This document shows, piece after piece, positions 1 to 15,443 of a stretch of 64,000 bases of DNA (position 1 is the stretch's first letter; every line of letters starts with the position of its first letter). Under the pieces are notes generated by a model. The model did not search any database. It was given only the letters and a program-made list of their open reading frames with translations, and was not told the origin of the DNA. The DNA is from Eledone cirrhosa (Eukaryota): contig OZ024753.1 of NCBI GenBank assembly GCA_964016885.1, forward strand, positions 29,078,001-29,142,000, given 5' to 3'. Position numbers and translations under genes: made by a program.

Positions 1-687
1 GGTGTACAGCTACAACGTAAAACATCTTCAAGCAATAACATGAACTTGTGGTTTTTACGAGATTAACCACACAAGCAAAATGAAATAACTGAAATGAATA
101 ACCTAAACTTGCTCACGAAATAGGCGAACGAAAAACTATTTTTATTCTACTTTGAATCACACCAAAATCGCTGAGTATATCGATATGTATGCAAGTAACA
201 TTCTTAAGAATATATAAATAGAAACATGTATATAATTAATTTTCTTCATTAAAGCCTTATCTGTGCTTCATGGGTGTAATATGTGGTTAGAATTGCAAAT
301 GTCTCGGTTATTTGTTATATTATCATAACGTGTGTTATGATTACGGCTCCAGCTGATGTTAGGATAACCTATAACAGAATGCCGTAGGAAGGAGAGCATA
401 TATTAAATCAAAGCACATGATGGTAGCATACAGATTAAAATCCATACCATATTCAGTAAACAGATAGCTGTTTCTAGGTAGCGAAACACGTGTCAATTGC
501 ATAATAAATGTTGATCCTCTAACTCCGATATAGTCATATTCATGTTACTTGTTATATTATATATAAACACCTCCATCGTACCCGCAGTTAATCAACACTT
601 GATAAACCTTTTACCTGTCGAGTCAAAAACCATTATATGTTGATGTGGTCTTCGATCTCCCCTAACGAAATCTGATCACGACTATAC

Positions 688-725
<38 letters not shown>

Positions 726-811
726 GAGAGAGAGTTCATTAAATTTCTTTTTGTGAAACAATTGTACCCAGGCTTGATCAATAAATTTCTTCATGTAACA
801 CCTCCACTTTG

Positions 812-891
<80 letters not shown>

Positions 892-2091
892 GTAAGTCAT
901 GGAAACAAGAAACAAACAATCAAGAGGATGCAATCACCAGTGATCTCACCTGAAAGAAATTTGGTGAAAGCAGTATCGTTATCCTTACCATCAGCAGATC
1001 TTTAGATCTTTGCAGCAGATCTGGCACATAAATCTCTCGGCTCCATCTGTCTGTCATTTCTAAGATCGATAGTTTCCTTTCGCAACCAGTGCTAATAGAG
1101 TTTTCTAGGATCATAATTTTTTTTTTTTTTTTTTTTTTTACTATAATGGATTTTAGCATATAACATGGGTCGGCAACCTTTTAGAGGTGTGCCGGCCATA
1201 TTGCTATGTAGTGTTTCGTCAGCGGCCCATGATATCAAAATATTATAAATTTGCTCGATTTCAGACTGTTCTGTCCAGGTTACCTAAATCCCGTGATTCA
1301 AAGAAGAACAATGAATGTTATGTGATATTACATGTTATATGCCATATAACATGAAAAGGCTGTGGATCGACAGAATCGGTAGAGTAACAGACCACATGCC
1401 TTGGATTTAAACCCATACCTTGACGTTCTCATTTCAATTCTTTGTGGCTCCATTAAAATAAAAAATGCCAGTTGAGTAATATGGGGCGATCACATCGATT
1501 ATAGCTATCCCCAAATTTCAGACTTTGTGCCTATCTTAAAAGATTTGGAGATTACATATATTGTAGTTAATAGAATCGTAGAGTTTTCAACTGATTGTCT
1601 ATAAACAAATGACCTCCAGACCAAACAGTTTTTCACAGCCTCTTCTGTAACCTACAACAGCTGCTAAGATATCAACGCCCTTCAGCATTTTAGGTAGTCA
1701 GAGGTGGTGGTGTTTAAACAGCAAACTGAAAAGGTATAAAGGTATACAATGGAAATATTTGGGGGTGTATAGTTGAATTCCAGGCTGGTGGAATAATAAT
1801 AGTATTTGATGTGATGCGGAAACATCAGGGATCATTTGAGTGAAATATAGTACGAATAATAGCCATAACAGACAAGCAGAAACACAGATGTAGAGCTAAA
1901 TACAAATACATTCCTGCAACAGGCAACGGGCTGATAGCCAGTTTTAGAAGAGGCCAACGGAAAACTGCAAAAACAAATGAAACGAAAGCAGAAACATAAA
2001 AATCACGAAAAAATATCTTTAAAAAAACTCTTCCACGGTTAAGTAAGAAACAATTACGAATAATTGTACAAAATCTCTCTCTCTCTCTCTT

Positions 2092-2123
<32 letters not shown>

Positions 2124-2147
2124 CATACATACATACATACATATATA

Positions 2148-2181
<34 letters not shown>

Positions 2182-2199
2182 CATACATATACATACATA

Positions 2200-2235
<36 letters not shown>

Positions 2236-2344
2236 TATACATACATATATATATATACATACATACATACATATACATACATACATATACATACATACAT
2301 ACATATACATACATACATACATATACATACATACATACATATAC

Positions 2345-2378
<34 letters not shown>

Positions 2379-2799
2379 ACATACATACATACACATATAT
2401 ATACATACATACATACATACATACACATACATACATATATATACACATACATACATATGTCTATATACATACATATGTCTATATACATACATATGTCTAT
2501 ATACATACATATGTCTATATACATACATATGTCTATATACATACATATGTCTATATACATACATATATAAACATACATACATATATATGCATACATACAT
2601 ATATATGCATACATACATATATATACATACATACATATATATACATACATACATATATATACATACATACATATACATACATACATACATATATATACAT
2701 ACATACATACATATACATACATACATACATATACATACATACATACATACACATACATACATACATACATACATACATACATACATACAGATATACATA

Positions 2800-2839
<40 letters not shown>

Positions 2840-3006
2840 CATACATATATACACACATATATATACATACATATATATATACATATATATATACATATAT
2901 ATATATATATACATACATATATATATACATATATATACATATATATATACATATATATACATATATATATACATATATATATACATATATATATACATAT
3001 ATATAC

Positions 3007-3075
<69 letters not shown>

Positions 3076-3146
3076 CATATATACATATATATACATATAT
3101 ATATATACATATATATATATACATATATATACATATATATATATAC

Positions 3147-3197
<51 letters not shown>

Positions 3198-3468
3198 CAT
3201 ATATATACATATATATATATACATATATATACATATATATATATACATATATATACATATATATACATATATATATATACATATATATACATATATATAC
3301 ATATATATATATACATATATATACATATATATACATACATATATATACATATATATACATACATATATATACATATATATACATACATATATATACATAT
3401 ATATACATACATATATATACATATATATACATATATATACATACATATACATATATATACATACATAC

Positions 3469-3501
<33 letters not shown>

Positions 3502-3991
3502 CACATATATATACACATATATATACACATATATATATACACATATATATATACACATATATATATACACATACATACATATATACATACATACATACAT
3601 GTATACATACATACATATATACATACATACATACATGTATACATACATACATATATACATACATACATACATGTATACATACATACATGTATACATACAT
3701 ACATGTATACATACATACATACATACATACATGTATACATACATACATATATATATACATACATGTATACATACATACATATATATATACATACATATAT
3801 ATATACATACATACATATATATATACATACATATATATATACATACATATATATATACATACATATATATATACATACATATATATATACATACATATAT
3901 ATATACATACATATATATATACATACATATATACATACATACATACATACATACATACATACATACATACATACATACATACATACATACA

Positions 3992-4025
<34 letters not shown>

Positions 4026-4148
4026 CATACATACATATATACATACATACATATATATACATACATACATATATATACATACATACATATATATATATAC
4101 ATACATATATATATATACACACATACACATACATACATACATACATAC

Positions 4149-4179
<31 letters not shown>

Positions 4180-4194
4180 CATACATACATACAC

Positions 4195-4228
<34 letters not shown>

Positions 4229-4252
4229 ATACATACATACATACATACATAC

Positions 4253-4283
<31 letters not shown>

Positions 4284-4451
4284 CATACATACATACATAC
4301 ATACATACACATACATACATACATATATATATACATACATACATACATACATATACATACATATATATATATACATACATATATATATATACATACATAT
4401 ATATATATACATACATATATATATATACATACATATGTCTATATACATACA

Positions 4452-4483
<32 letters not shown>

Positions 4484-4712
4484 GATATACATACATATAT
4501 ATACATACATATACATATACATATATACATACATATACATATATATATATACATACATACATATATATATACATATATATATATACATATATACACATAT
4601 ATATATATATACATACATACATATATATATACATATATATATATACATATATACACATATATATATATATACATACATACATATATACATACATATATAT
4701 ATACATACATAC

Positions 4713-4750
<38 letters not shown>

Positions 4751-4791
4751 ACATACATATATATATATACATATATATATATACATACATA

Positions 4792-4831
<40 letters not shown>

Positions 4832-5052
4832 CACATATATATATATACATACATATATATATATATATACATACATATATATATATACATACATATATAT
4901 ATACATACATATATATATACATATATATATATACATACATATATATATACATATATATATATACATACATATATATATACATATATATATACATATATAT
5001 ATATACATATATATATATACATATATATATATACATACATATATATATATAC

Positions 5053-5099
<47 letters not shown>

Positions 5100-5295
5100 C
5101 ATACATATATACATACATATATATATACATACATATATATATACATACATATATATATACATACATATATATATACATACATACATATATATATATATAC
5201 ATACATATATATATACATACATACATATATATATATATACATACATATATATATATACATACATATATATATATACATATATATATATACATACT

Positions 5296-5325
<30 letters not shown>

Positions 5326-5326
<1 letters not shown>

Positions 5327-5885
5327 GGTGGCTGCCAACTCGTTTTCGAGTACGGCCACTACTTTATATCCATGTAGGAGAACCCCTACCGATGCATTGA
5401 ACGAGTGTGACTTTTTATTATTGACACATAGTGCTGGGCCCATGGTACCATGTGACGACAAGTGCAGAGAGATCTCCAGATATAAAGCAATGCCTGTGCC
5501 GTGAAGCTTTTATAGTGAGCAAAGGCACTGCACAAAGCCAGTCCCACTCTCTTAACCAAGATGATATTTACCAAAAAGAAGAACAAGTCAACATCATTGG
5601 ATACCATCAGGGTTGCAGGTGTTATATCAGAGTTTTCCTTCTCCTAGAATTCTGCCTTGACAAAGGCTAAGGGGTCATCTCTCCCGGTGATTTTGGATGG
5701 CTATTGACTCTTAAGAGCTCCTTTGCCCTTTGACAGGTGTTGTTTTTAGTCCTGCGGGATGTTCAAAGTCACCCTCCTCACCAAGAAACATTGGTGGGGT
5801 TGCCAGTTTAGTCGCCAACGACCCGACCATGAGACAGGTTGTACTGGGATACATGTTACCAGTAGCACCAACTGGTGACCTGACA
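5326..5885 (-). mobile_element. Non-coding dispersed element resembling an RTE-clade LINE 5' region (copy 1)
   Basis: Near-identical to 8782-9194. The minus strand has CTAGGAGAAGGAAAACTCTG, a motif I recall from RTE 5' UTRs. No RT coding sequence. Confidence 0.6.
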
Positions 5886-6252
5886 CAAATACATACAAAT
5901 ATACATACATACATATATATAAACATACATATATATACACATACATACATATATATACACATACATATATATACACATACATATATATACACATACATAT
6001 ATATACACATACATATATATACATACATACATATATATACATATATACATATATATACATATATACATATATATATATATACATATATATACACACATAC
6101 ATATATATACACATACATATATATACATATATACATATATATATATACATATATACATATATATACACACATACATATATATACACACATACATATATAT
6201 ACACATACATATATATACATATATACATATATATACACATACATATATATAC

Positions 6253-6299
<47 letters not shown>

Positions 6300-6529
6300 C
6301 AGATACATATATACACATATATATATACATATATACATATACATACATATATATACATACATACATACATATACATACATACATATATATACATACATAC
6401 ATATATACATACACATATATACATATATACACACATACATATATATATACACACATACATATATATATACACATACATATAATTACATACATACATAATA
6501 TACATACATATACATATACATACATACAT

Positions 6530-6560
<31 letters not shown>

Positions 6561-6616
6561 CATACATATATATATATACATACATACATATATATACATA
6601 CATACATATACATACA

Positions 6617-6669
<53 letters not shown>

Positions 6670-6716
6670 ATACATACATATACTATATATATATACATAC
6701 ATATATATATATATAC

Positions 6717-6750
<34 letters not shown>

Positions 6751-6886
6751 ACATACATAATATATATATACATACATATATATATATACATACATATATA
6801 TATATACATACATATATATATATACATACCTATATATATATACATACCTATATATACATACATACATATATATATATACATACATA

Positions 6887-6926
<40 letters not shown>

Positions 6927-7151
6927 CATACATATATATATACATACATACATATATATATATATACATACATACATACATATACATACATACATATACA
7001 TATATATACATACATACACATATATATACATACATACATATACATACATACATATACATATATATACATACATATACATATATATACATACATATATACA
7101 TACATATACATATATATACATACATATATACATATACATATATATACATAC

Positions 7152-7182
<31 letters not shown>

Positions 7183-7189
7183 CATATAT

Positions 7190-7222
<33 letters not shown>

Positions 7223-7362
7223 ATATACATACATATACATATATATTACATATATATATATATATATATATACATACATATATATACATATACATATATA
7301 TACATATATATATATATACATAATATACATACATTAATATACATACATATATATAATATATA

Positions 7363-7400
<38 letters not shown>

Positions 7401-7536
7401 CATAACATATATATACATACATATATATATATAATATTATATTATATATACATACATACAATATATATATATATAATATACATAGCATACATATATATAT
7501 ATATATATATATACATACATATATATATACATATAC

Positions 7537-7567
<31 letters not shown>

Positions 7568-7603
7568 CATATATATATACATACATATATATAATACAAT
7601 ACA

Positions 7604-7634
<31 letters not shown>

Positions 7635-7638
7635 CATA

Positions 7639-7698
<60 letters not shown>

Positions 7699-7949
7699 AT
7701 ATATACATACATATATATACATACATAATATACATACATACATATATACATACATATACATACATACATACATATATATACATACATATACATACTATAT
7801 CATACATATATATACATACATATCATACATACATACAATATAATATACATACATACATATATATACATACATACATATATATACATACATACATATATAT
7901 ACATATATACATACTACATTATATATACAACATACATATACATACTATA

Positions 7950-7984
<35 letters not shown>

Positions 7985-8733
7985 CATACATACATACATA
8001 CACATATATATATTATATATATACATACATATATATATAATACATACATACATACTATATATATATACATACATATATAATACATATATAATACATACAT
8101 ACATATATATACATATATATACATACATACATATATATACATATATAATACATACATACACATATATATACATATATATACATACACATATATATACATA
8201 TATAATACATACATACATATATATATAATATATATACATACATACATATATACTATATATTACATACATACATATATACATACATACATATATATACATA
8301 TATATACATATATATACATATATATACATACATACATATATATACAATATATATACATACATACATATATATATATATATATTACATACATACTATACTA
8401 TACATACATATATATATATACTATACTATATATACATATATATACATACATACATATATATACATATATAATACATAACATACATATATATACATATATA
8501 CATACATACATATAATATACATATATATACATACATACATATATATACATATATTATATACATACATACATATATATACATATATATACATACATACATA
8601 TATATACATATATATATATATACATATCATATACATTAATTCATATATATACTTAATATATTATATACATATATATATATATATATACATACATATATAT
8701 ACATATATACATATATATACATACATATATACA

Positions 8734-8779
<46 letters not shown>

Positions 8780-8781
8780 CA

Positions 8782-9194
8782 TGTGCTGGGCCCACGGTAC
8801 CATGTGACGACAAGTGCAGAGAGATCTGCAGATATAAAGCAATGCCTGTGCCGTGAAGCTTTTATAATGAGCAGATGCACTGCACAAAGCCAGTCCCACT
8901 CTCTTAACCAAGATGATATTTACCAAAAAGAAGAACAAGTCAACATCATTGGATACCATCAGGGTTGCAGGTGTCATATCAGAGTTTTCCTTCTCCTAGA
9001 ATTCTGCCTTGACAAAGGCTAAGGGGTCATCTCTCCCGGTGATTTTGGATGGCCATTGACTCTTAAGAGCTCCTTTGCCCTTGGACAGGTGTTGTTTTTA
9101 GTCCTGCAGGATGTTCAAAGTCACCCTCCTCACCAAGAAACCTTGGTGGGGTTGCCAGTTTAGTCGCCAACGACCCGACCACGGGACAGGTTGT
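8782..9194 (-). mobile_element. Second, shorter copy of the 5326-5885 element
   Basis: Aligns by eye to about 5430-5845 with scattered substitutions. Confidence 0.75.
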
Positions 9195-9506
9195 ATATGT
9201 GTGTATATATATATGTGTGTATGTATATATGTGCATATGTATGTATATATGTATACATAAATATATACATACATATACACATACATATATATATACACAT
9301 ATATACATATATATATACACATATATACATATATATATACATATATACATACATATATACATATATACATACATATCCACATACATATATACATATATAC
9401 ATACATATCCATATATATATATACATATATACATACATATCCATACATATATACATACATATCCATACATATATACATACACATATACGTACATACACAT
9501 ATATAT

Positions 9507-9662
9507 ATAATTAGTTACAGCAGTAACATATACAGGTACTTAAATTTCGTTGGCTTATACACCCCATCTCATTGAGCCTGTTATATAGCAGGGTGAATGA
9601 GATGGCGTGTATAACCCAACGATACTTAACTACCTGTACATGACACTGTTGTAACTAATTAT
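9507..9662. ncRNA. Inverted pair of degenerate minimal hammerhead folds (9533-9580 minus; 9589-9636 plus)
   Basis: Imperfect ~155-bp palindrome. Arm consensus: cagg-CTGAATGA-gatgg..ccaac-GAAA-cttaag-TA-cctg. Each arm carries core mutations. Confidence 0.6.
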
Positions 9663-9877
9663 ACTTAACTCGTTCTATTGACCGAGTGCTCTTACCTTTG
9701 GATATTTCTACCAAACCTTTACTACAATATATATAAGCGATTCTTTGCTTAAACTTTAATCTGTTAGTTTAATATATATATGCCCCCCCCCCCCACACAC
9801 ACACACACTCTCTCTCAAGAGCGTGAAACTAATAAACCTTTGTTCGTACTGCCTCTGTTTTGTTCCGGTTCCATTTT

Positions 9878-9930
<53 letters not shown>

Positions 9931-9933
<3 letters not shown>

Positions 9934-10007
9934 AACCAGTAAGACCCCGACGGCTGAGCTCAAGCTAATATGGTCCACCTGGTTCCTTACCACATTTCCT
10001 TCGTTAT
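9931..10007. mobile_element. Internally deleted member of the hairpin family at 27120 and 46678, between (TA)n tracts
   Basis: Shares gaccccgacggctgagctc and tggtccacctgg..cttaccaca with 46678-46859. Confidence 0.7.
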
Positions 10008-10039
10008 ATATATATATATATATATTGGACACTGACCAA

Positions 10040-10412
10040 GAAACTCACCCAGATGGTGGATGGGTGCTACACGAGAATGCTGAGGATGGCTTTGAACATT
10101 AATCAGTATACACTGAGGATGAAGAACTCAGAGCTGTACGGGAGCCTCCCAAAAGTCAGATCAAATGTGACACAGAGGAAACTGAGATTAGCTGGACATG
10201 CTCACCGACATCCAGAGTTGAAACTGCACTCAGTGATCCTGTTGGAGCCCCTGCATGGACACACTGGAAGAGGAAGACCAAGGTTAACGTATGTTGATGC
10301 CCTAAGGACAGACACTGGTCTGTTGGAGACGCAGGACATGGCAGCAATAATGAGGGACAGAGACTGGTGGAGAGAACTCGTCCATGGATCTCGGGAATTT
10401 TACCCGCCTTAG
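10040..10412 (+). mobile_element. RTE-like LINE 3' fragment (C-terminus of ORF2)
   Basis: DGCYTRMLRMALNI..ELYG..RKLRLAGH..GRGRPRLTYVD..DRDWWR is the typical RTE C-terminal pattern. Flanked by (TA)n. Confidence 0.85.
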
Positions 10413-10784
10413 ATATATATATATATATATATATATATATGCTTACACACACTAACCCATCATACATTTATGCATATATTTGTAAGCATGAATCCACAAC
10501 TCCTGTTGGAGTCGTGGAACTAGTCATGGCTTACGGCATGTCTGGGTATTTTCAATCCACAGGGGTACCTATCAAATGTATGGTAAAGCTCCAAACATAC
10601 AGAGAGGATTCAGTTTTATACCCTGTACCAGTGTAGCAAAACTGAGCCCTCTATAGATAACGGTATTTTAAATTCCGAAATATTAGGACGATAACAAACA
10701 ATAATAAATACCCAGAAACACACTAAGATCTTCGTTGCCTTCATTTAAACTAAATTTTACAGTCCTTTCCCATTGTCTATTTGG

Positions 10785-10978
10785 AAGCATTTTAAGCCTG
10801 GCGGAGCCCATCCCTTTCCAGGCCTGAGTACAGCAGATTTCTTCCAGAGAGACTGGTACTTTTTTATCGACCTCGAAAGGATGAAAGGCAAATTTGACCT
10901 TTGGGATTTGAACTCAGATAGCCAGAACGAATACCATAAAGCATTCTATACGACGTTCTAACCACTGCAAATTCACCT
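10785..10978 (-). mobile_element. tRNA-derived SINE with Meta-like core, alternative-tail variant (related copies ~22835-22968, 24065-24525, 35380-35608)
   Basis: Core tttatcgacctcgaaaggatgaaaggc joined to ggcctgagtacagcagatttcttccaga. Confidence 0.7.
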
Positions 10979-11685
10979 TTTCAACAAATATAGATCGATA
11001 TAATATATATATATATATATATATACATACGCGTATATACATATATATATATATAACGGACATACATATATGTATATCATACGCAGACATATTATGACAT
11101 TACAGTAATGGTGATCGTCTTATCTAGCAAACATCTTACTGATAGGACTTTAGACAAGCAAAAATGAGGCTAACATATTTTATCCGTAGTGAATGTAAAC
11201 ATATTTCGCCGCTTCATACGTAATGCATAACGCAGTAAAATCGATTAATATCTTTTTCAATCAATAAGACGGAAATGTCTGAAAAACATACAAGATATGA
11301 ATATCTCCACACTTTTATAATGCTTAAAATACTCTCTGTGAAACATATATATTCTTTTATATTGAAGGGAGACTTCATTCTATGTTTCTGAAAACCATAT
11401 TGGGATTTCTTCATAGTTGAAATTGCATGTCGATATTTATATTAAGTTTTACATTCTAAATCTCCGTATTTGTTGCATTTGAAGAGAATCCCATTGTTCA
11501 GGTAGAGTTGAATAACTTTCGCCTGAGAACCAAATACTTTCATTCGTATATCCAATATCTCTGACAAATTGTCTACCGCATATGTGATATTTCATATCAC
11601 TCCATTGACATCGTTTGACCTAACTATATGTCCAAATCTATATTGTTTGCATCAGAACGAAAATGACATATCCAAAGAATTGTGG

Positions 11686-11763
<78 letters not shown>

Positions 11764-12736
11764 GTGATGCATCAATTTTTTTTACTACACACTTGAGTCA
11801 TCAAAAGTTGTTTTCGTCAAAAGAAATTGTTAAGAAAATCCAAAACGATTTCCGATATTTTCATTCGATTCATCTTGCAATCTTACTTTGTTTGAAACGA
11901 TCGTCACAAATATTTGTATATATGTATGTACATACATATATATATACCTATATTCAAAAGTATATATTCGTAATAACAGAGAGAGAGAGAGACAAATAGA
12001 TAGAATTATCTCAGAATAAATGTGTAAATATATATTTAGTGCTATAATAGATCATCTTTCTGAAACGGACGTTTGCAACTTTCTTCCACAGCTAACTGAT
12101 GAAGAAAACCATACATACACACACGCTCACGCACACATACACATACACACATCTCTGCTATTCTCTTTGACTTTCTAGAAACCTCTATTATTTTATCAAC
12201 CACCTCTTTAATCTTCCCTCTCCCTTGTAATGCTCTATCTTCTTTTTTATCTGTCCCTTTTTTTATGCAATCATTTCCTCTCACTCTTTTTTCCATCCAC
12301 GCCTATACTTAACCGATCGCATGAATGCCTGTCTTAGAAACTACTTCCTTCCAAACTATCAATTGTCCATCTATCTATTCATCTATCTTATCTACAAGTG
12401 TTTATTAAACATACTTTTTCTCTCTTTCACCTGTCTAAACTAACCGCCAAAAAGACTTGACACGTGGCTTAGGGCTCTATGAATTAAGATAAATCATTTT
12501 TTTCATCCTGGCGCCAAGCCACATATCTGCCGCTATTAAATATTGCCAAGTACTTTATGGTTGCTTATTTCGTCATCCTTCATCTCCCAGAAAATGAGAT
12601 GAGGGGTAAAAATCAACTGCAGCAACATCAAGTTAAAACAATATAAAAAGCAGATACTTAGCTCATCTCTCAGACTTTAAGCGCCGAGAATATATAAAGT
12701 ATGGTGTGCTACATAGTTTTTTCTTGTTTCAGTTTA

Positions 12737-12938
12737 CAGACCTGCCAAGTTCTAAAAACCCAAACGGAGAGTACCATGAAAAGGAGTGTCCCAAAACGGG
12801 GAGAAATGAGGCAAAATTGAAAGATTTTACATAATAAAAGCTATTCGCATTTTCACAAGAGTAGACATCTCTCACTCACCCCAAAAAAAAAAATGGGTGG
12901 AATATCTCTCCATCGGACGGGCAGAGTTGACAGGTCTA
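12737..12938 (+). mobile_element. ~200-bp MITE with CAGACCTGYCAA terminal inverted repeats
   Basis: Starts cagacctgccaa, ends gttgacaggtct. At least six more copies in the window. Confidence 0.8.
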
Positions 12939-13451
12939 AGTTTATCAAATTTGAGAAAATCATATCAGTTCATCTTATTTATTCTATATGGCCAGACGTT
13001 TAGTATCGAGAATGAATTCCGTGTAATACTATAGTATAAATCAATAAAACGATAAGGTTAATGTACTAACTCATTTGAACAGGCAAAAATTAAATATAAA
13101 AGAAAATAAGTATAATGACACGTTGACATCAGGGGCAAAACCATCAAGTCTGTATAGTTGAAAAACTAATGAGTAATAATTGCACTGATATTCAAATACC
13201 CTCCGGGTTGATTTCAGCATGAAAGATTTCGTAAATTAAGTACGAGAAGCCATCTTGAAAATGTGTTTTGATTTGAAAAGATGAGAATCCTTCCCAGCAT
13301 TTCATAGGTTAATCTTCTAAAAGGGATTTTTATTTTATTTTAGCAGAATTACCCAGAACTACTAACACCAACGCCACCGAAACCAATCAATAAAAGAATC
13401 GGTGTGCAGTCACTTGAGCGGCTGCAAATAACAACCAAATATCTCTTAAAT

Positions 13452-14200
13452 AAGTGTTTCTACTTTTGGCACAAGGCCAGCAATTAAACCAGTGCATTAC
13501 TGGTATTTTATTTTATCGATCCCGTAAGGTTGAAAGGCAAAGTTAACCTCGCCGGGATTTGAAATCAGACCGTAAAGGGTCTTAACTATGCTGCAAAGCA
13601 TGGCGTCCGGCCTTCTTCCGATACTGCCAGTCGCTCTCAAATAATATAGTGGTTTCTTATATAGGCACAAGGCCATCAATTTTGGGGGAGGGGAAAGTCG
13701 AATAAATCGGCCCCAGTGCGTGACTGGGACTTTATTTTATCGACCCCCGTTAGGATGAAAGGCAAAGTTAACAGCGGGATTTGAACTCAGATCATAAAAG
13801 GCCTTAACTCTATGCTGCAAGGATAGCGCCCGACCCGCTACCAATACTGCCAATCCCTCTCAAATAATATAATTGTTTCTACGTTAGGCACAAGGCCAGC
13901 AATTACCCAGTGCATTACTGGTACTTGTTGCCTCCAAAACGCCAAGCATGTCTGTGTTGTTAAACAATAACAACAACATAGATACAAAGAGCATCTAAGT
14001 CTTAAAATCAGATATAGTATATATTGTGTGATAATGACCTTTCGACCTCTTCAAAGAATAATCGCTCTCCTGGATTCTTTCACGTAAGTAATTGTTTCTA
14101 CTTTAGGCACAAGGCCAATAATTACCCAGTGCATTACTGGTACTTTATTTTATCGACCCCGTAAGGATGAAAGGAAAAGTTAACCTCGGCGGGATTTGAA
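13452..14200 (-). mobile_element. Cluster of four full or partial tRNA-derived SINEs with Meta-like core
   Basis: Repeated tttatcgaccccgtaaggatgaaaggcaaagttaacctcggcgggatttgaac (B-box gagttcaaatcc on the minus strand) and tail tgtttctacttttggcacaaggcc. Confidence 0.88.
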
Positions 14201-14394
14201 CAGGGAAATATTCATATAGACCAGGTCCGAACACAAAGGAACCAAACTCCCACTGCCTCTGTCTCTCCCCATCTCGCACTATTATGAGCAAATGAAGGCT
14301 CACGCATTGGCTGCCTCGGGACCCCGGCGGACAGAAATGATAGCGGACAGAAGAAAATCTTTTAGAAATGTTGGATAATATTTCTAAATGTTAA

Positions 14395-14700
14395 GGAAAT
14401 ATCCAGGTAGAGCCGGACTTTTCCGGGTTCAGAGATCACTGCTCCGATACTATGGGAATGTGGTTAGAACATCTCAGGAAAGAATCGCTAGACAGATTTT
14501 ACAGGGAAAACCAACCGGCAAGAGAACCCCGAACAAGATGGTTGGATAACATCCATGAGCATGGCTGGTCACGCTTGGGGATTCAGCTGGATCAGTTGGA
14601 GACGTTTGCTTCTGACAGGTCCAGCTGGAGGGAATGTTTGAGGACCCTACCTCAACGACCCTCTCAGTAATAAGTGGGCAAAAAAGAAGGAGGATAATAT
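14395..14700 (+). mobile_element. Degenerate RTE-like LINE 3' end
   Basis: PRTRWLDNI..ASDRSSWR..L pattern. Homologous to 24930-25165 and 63470-63700. Confidence 0.75.
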
Positions 14701-15039
14701 TTGAGATGAAAAGTCTAATATCTTATTATACAGAACAGTAAGAATGATTTAAGATTGTAAACATTCCCCTCCTCTTCTTATCCCGTTCACACTTGTTTAC
14801 AGCAGCAATGCCCTTGCATATGAATAAATGTCATAATTCCCACATTTGAAACATCTGCAGAAGGTTATAAATACAATTAATTATCGTTTGATAAGGAAAG
14901 GTACGGCTCAATGCTAAGACTAAAACAGAAATAATAACCGTTTCGCAACTATTTATATTTTACCTGTGAGGGGTGTAAAGTATTTTATCAGTTCATCAGT
15001 TATTCTGATTCAACCTACTTTATATGTAGTCAAGGAAAC

Positions 15040-15316
15040 CAACAACAACAACAACAACAAATAAAAATAATAACAATGATGATTATGATTGCGGTGGTGG
15101 TAGCGGTGATGATAACGATGGGGGGAATGATAATGAAGATTGTTATAGTGATGATGATGATGATGATAATAATGATGGTGATGATGATGATGATGATGAC
15201 GATGACGGTGGTGGTGGTGGTGAATATGATAGTGATGATGATTGTGATAACGACGATGATGATGATAATGACGATAATGATGATGATGGTATTGGTGATG
15301 ATGATGATGATGATGG
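15040..15316. repeat. (GAT/GGT/AAC)n trinucleotide tract
   Basis: Directly visible. Explains the poly-His, poly-Met and poly-Ser ORFs. Confidence 0.95.
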
Positions 15317-15443
15317 CGGTCCTTTCTTTCTTTCTGAGAAAGGGATTTCAAAGAAATCATACACATACTACACGAAACGTTAACACAAGAGGGATTAGAA
15401 AAGTGAGTGTGATAAGTTAAACAAGTTATATAAACACGAGAGC

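Larger units (their letters stand above)
2075..9506. repeat. Very long compound (TA)n/(TACA)n microsatellite array, interrupted by two copies of a ~0.4-0.55 kb element
   Basis: Directly visible. All Y/I/H/T and M/Y/V/C-rich ORFs here are translations of the repeat. Confidence 0.97.

Noticed and set aside
5770-5885. HDV-like or twister ribozyme call
   Set aside because: No P1/P1' helix could be placed and the twister core motifs are absent. Kept only as an unclassified candidate.
1825-9514. Very long ORFs up to 1057 aa
   Set aside because: Stop-free translations of TA/TACA microsatellite, open in several frames on both strands.
13325-13405. Possible host exon after a polypyrimidine-AG (similar sites near 24588 and 33464)
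   Set aside because: No recognisable protein similarity or consistent exon chain; such sites are common in AT-rich DNA.
15010-15420. His-, Met- or Ser-rich protein
   Set aside because: Trinucleotide repeat, open on both strands.
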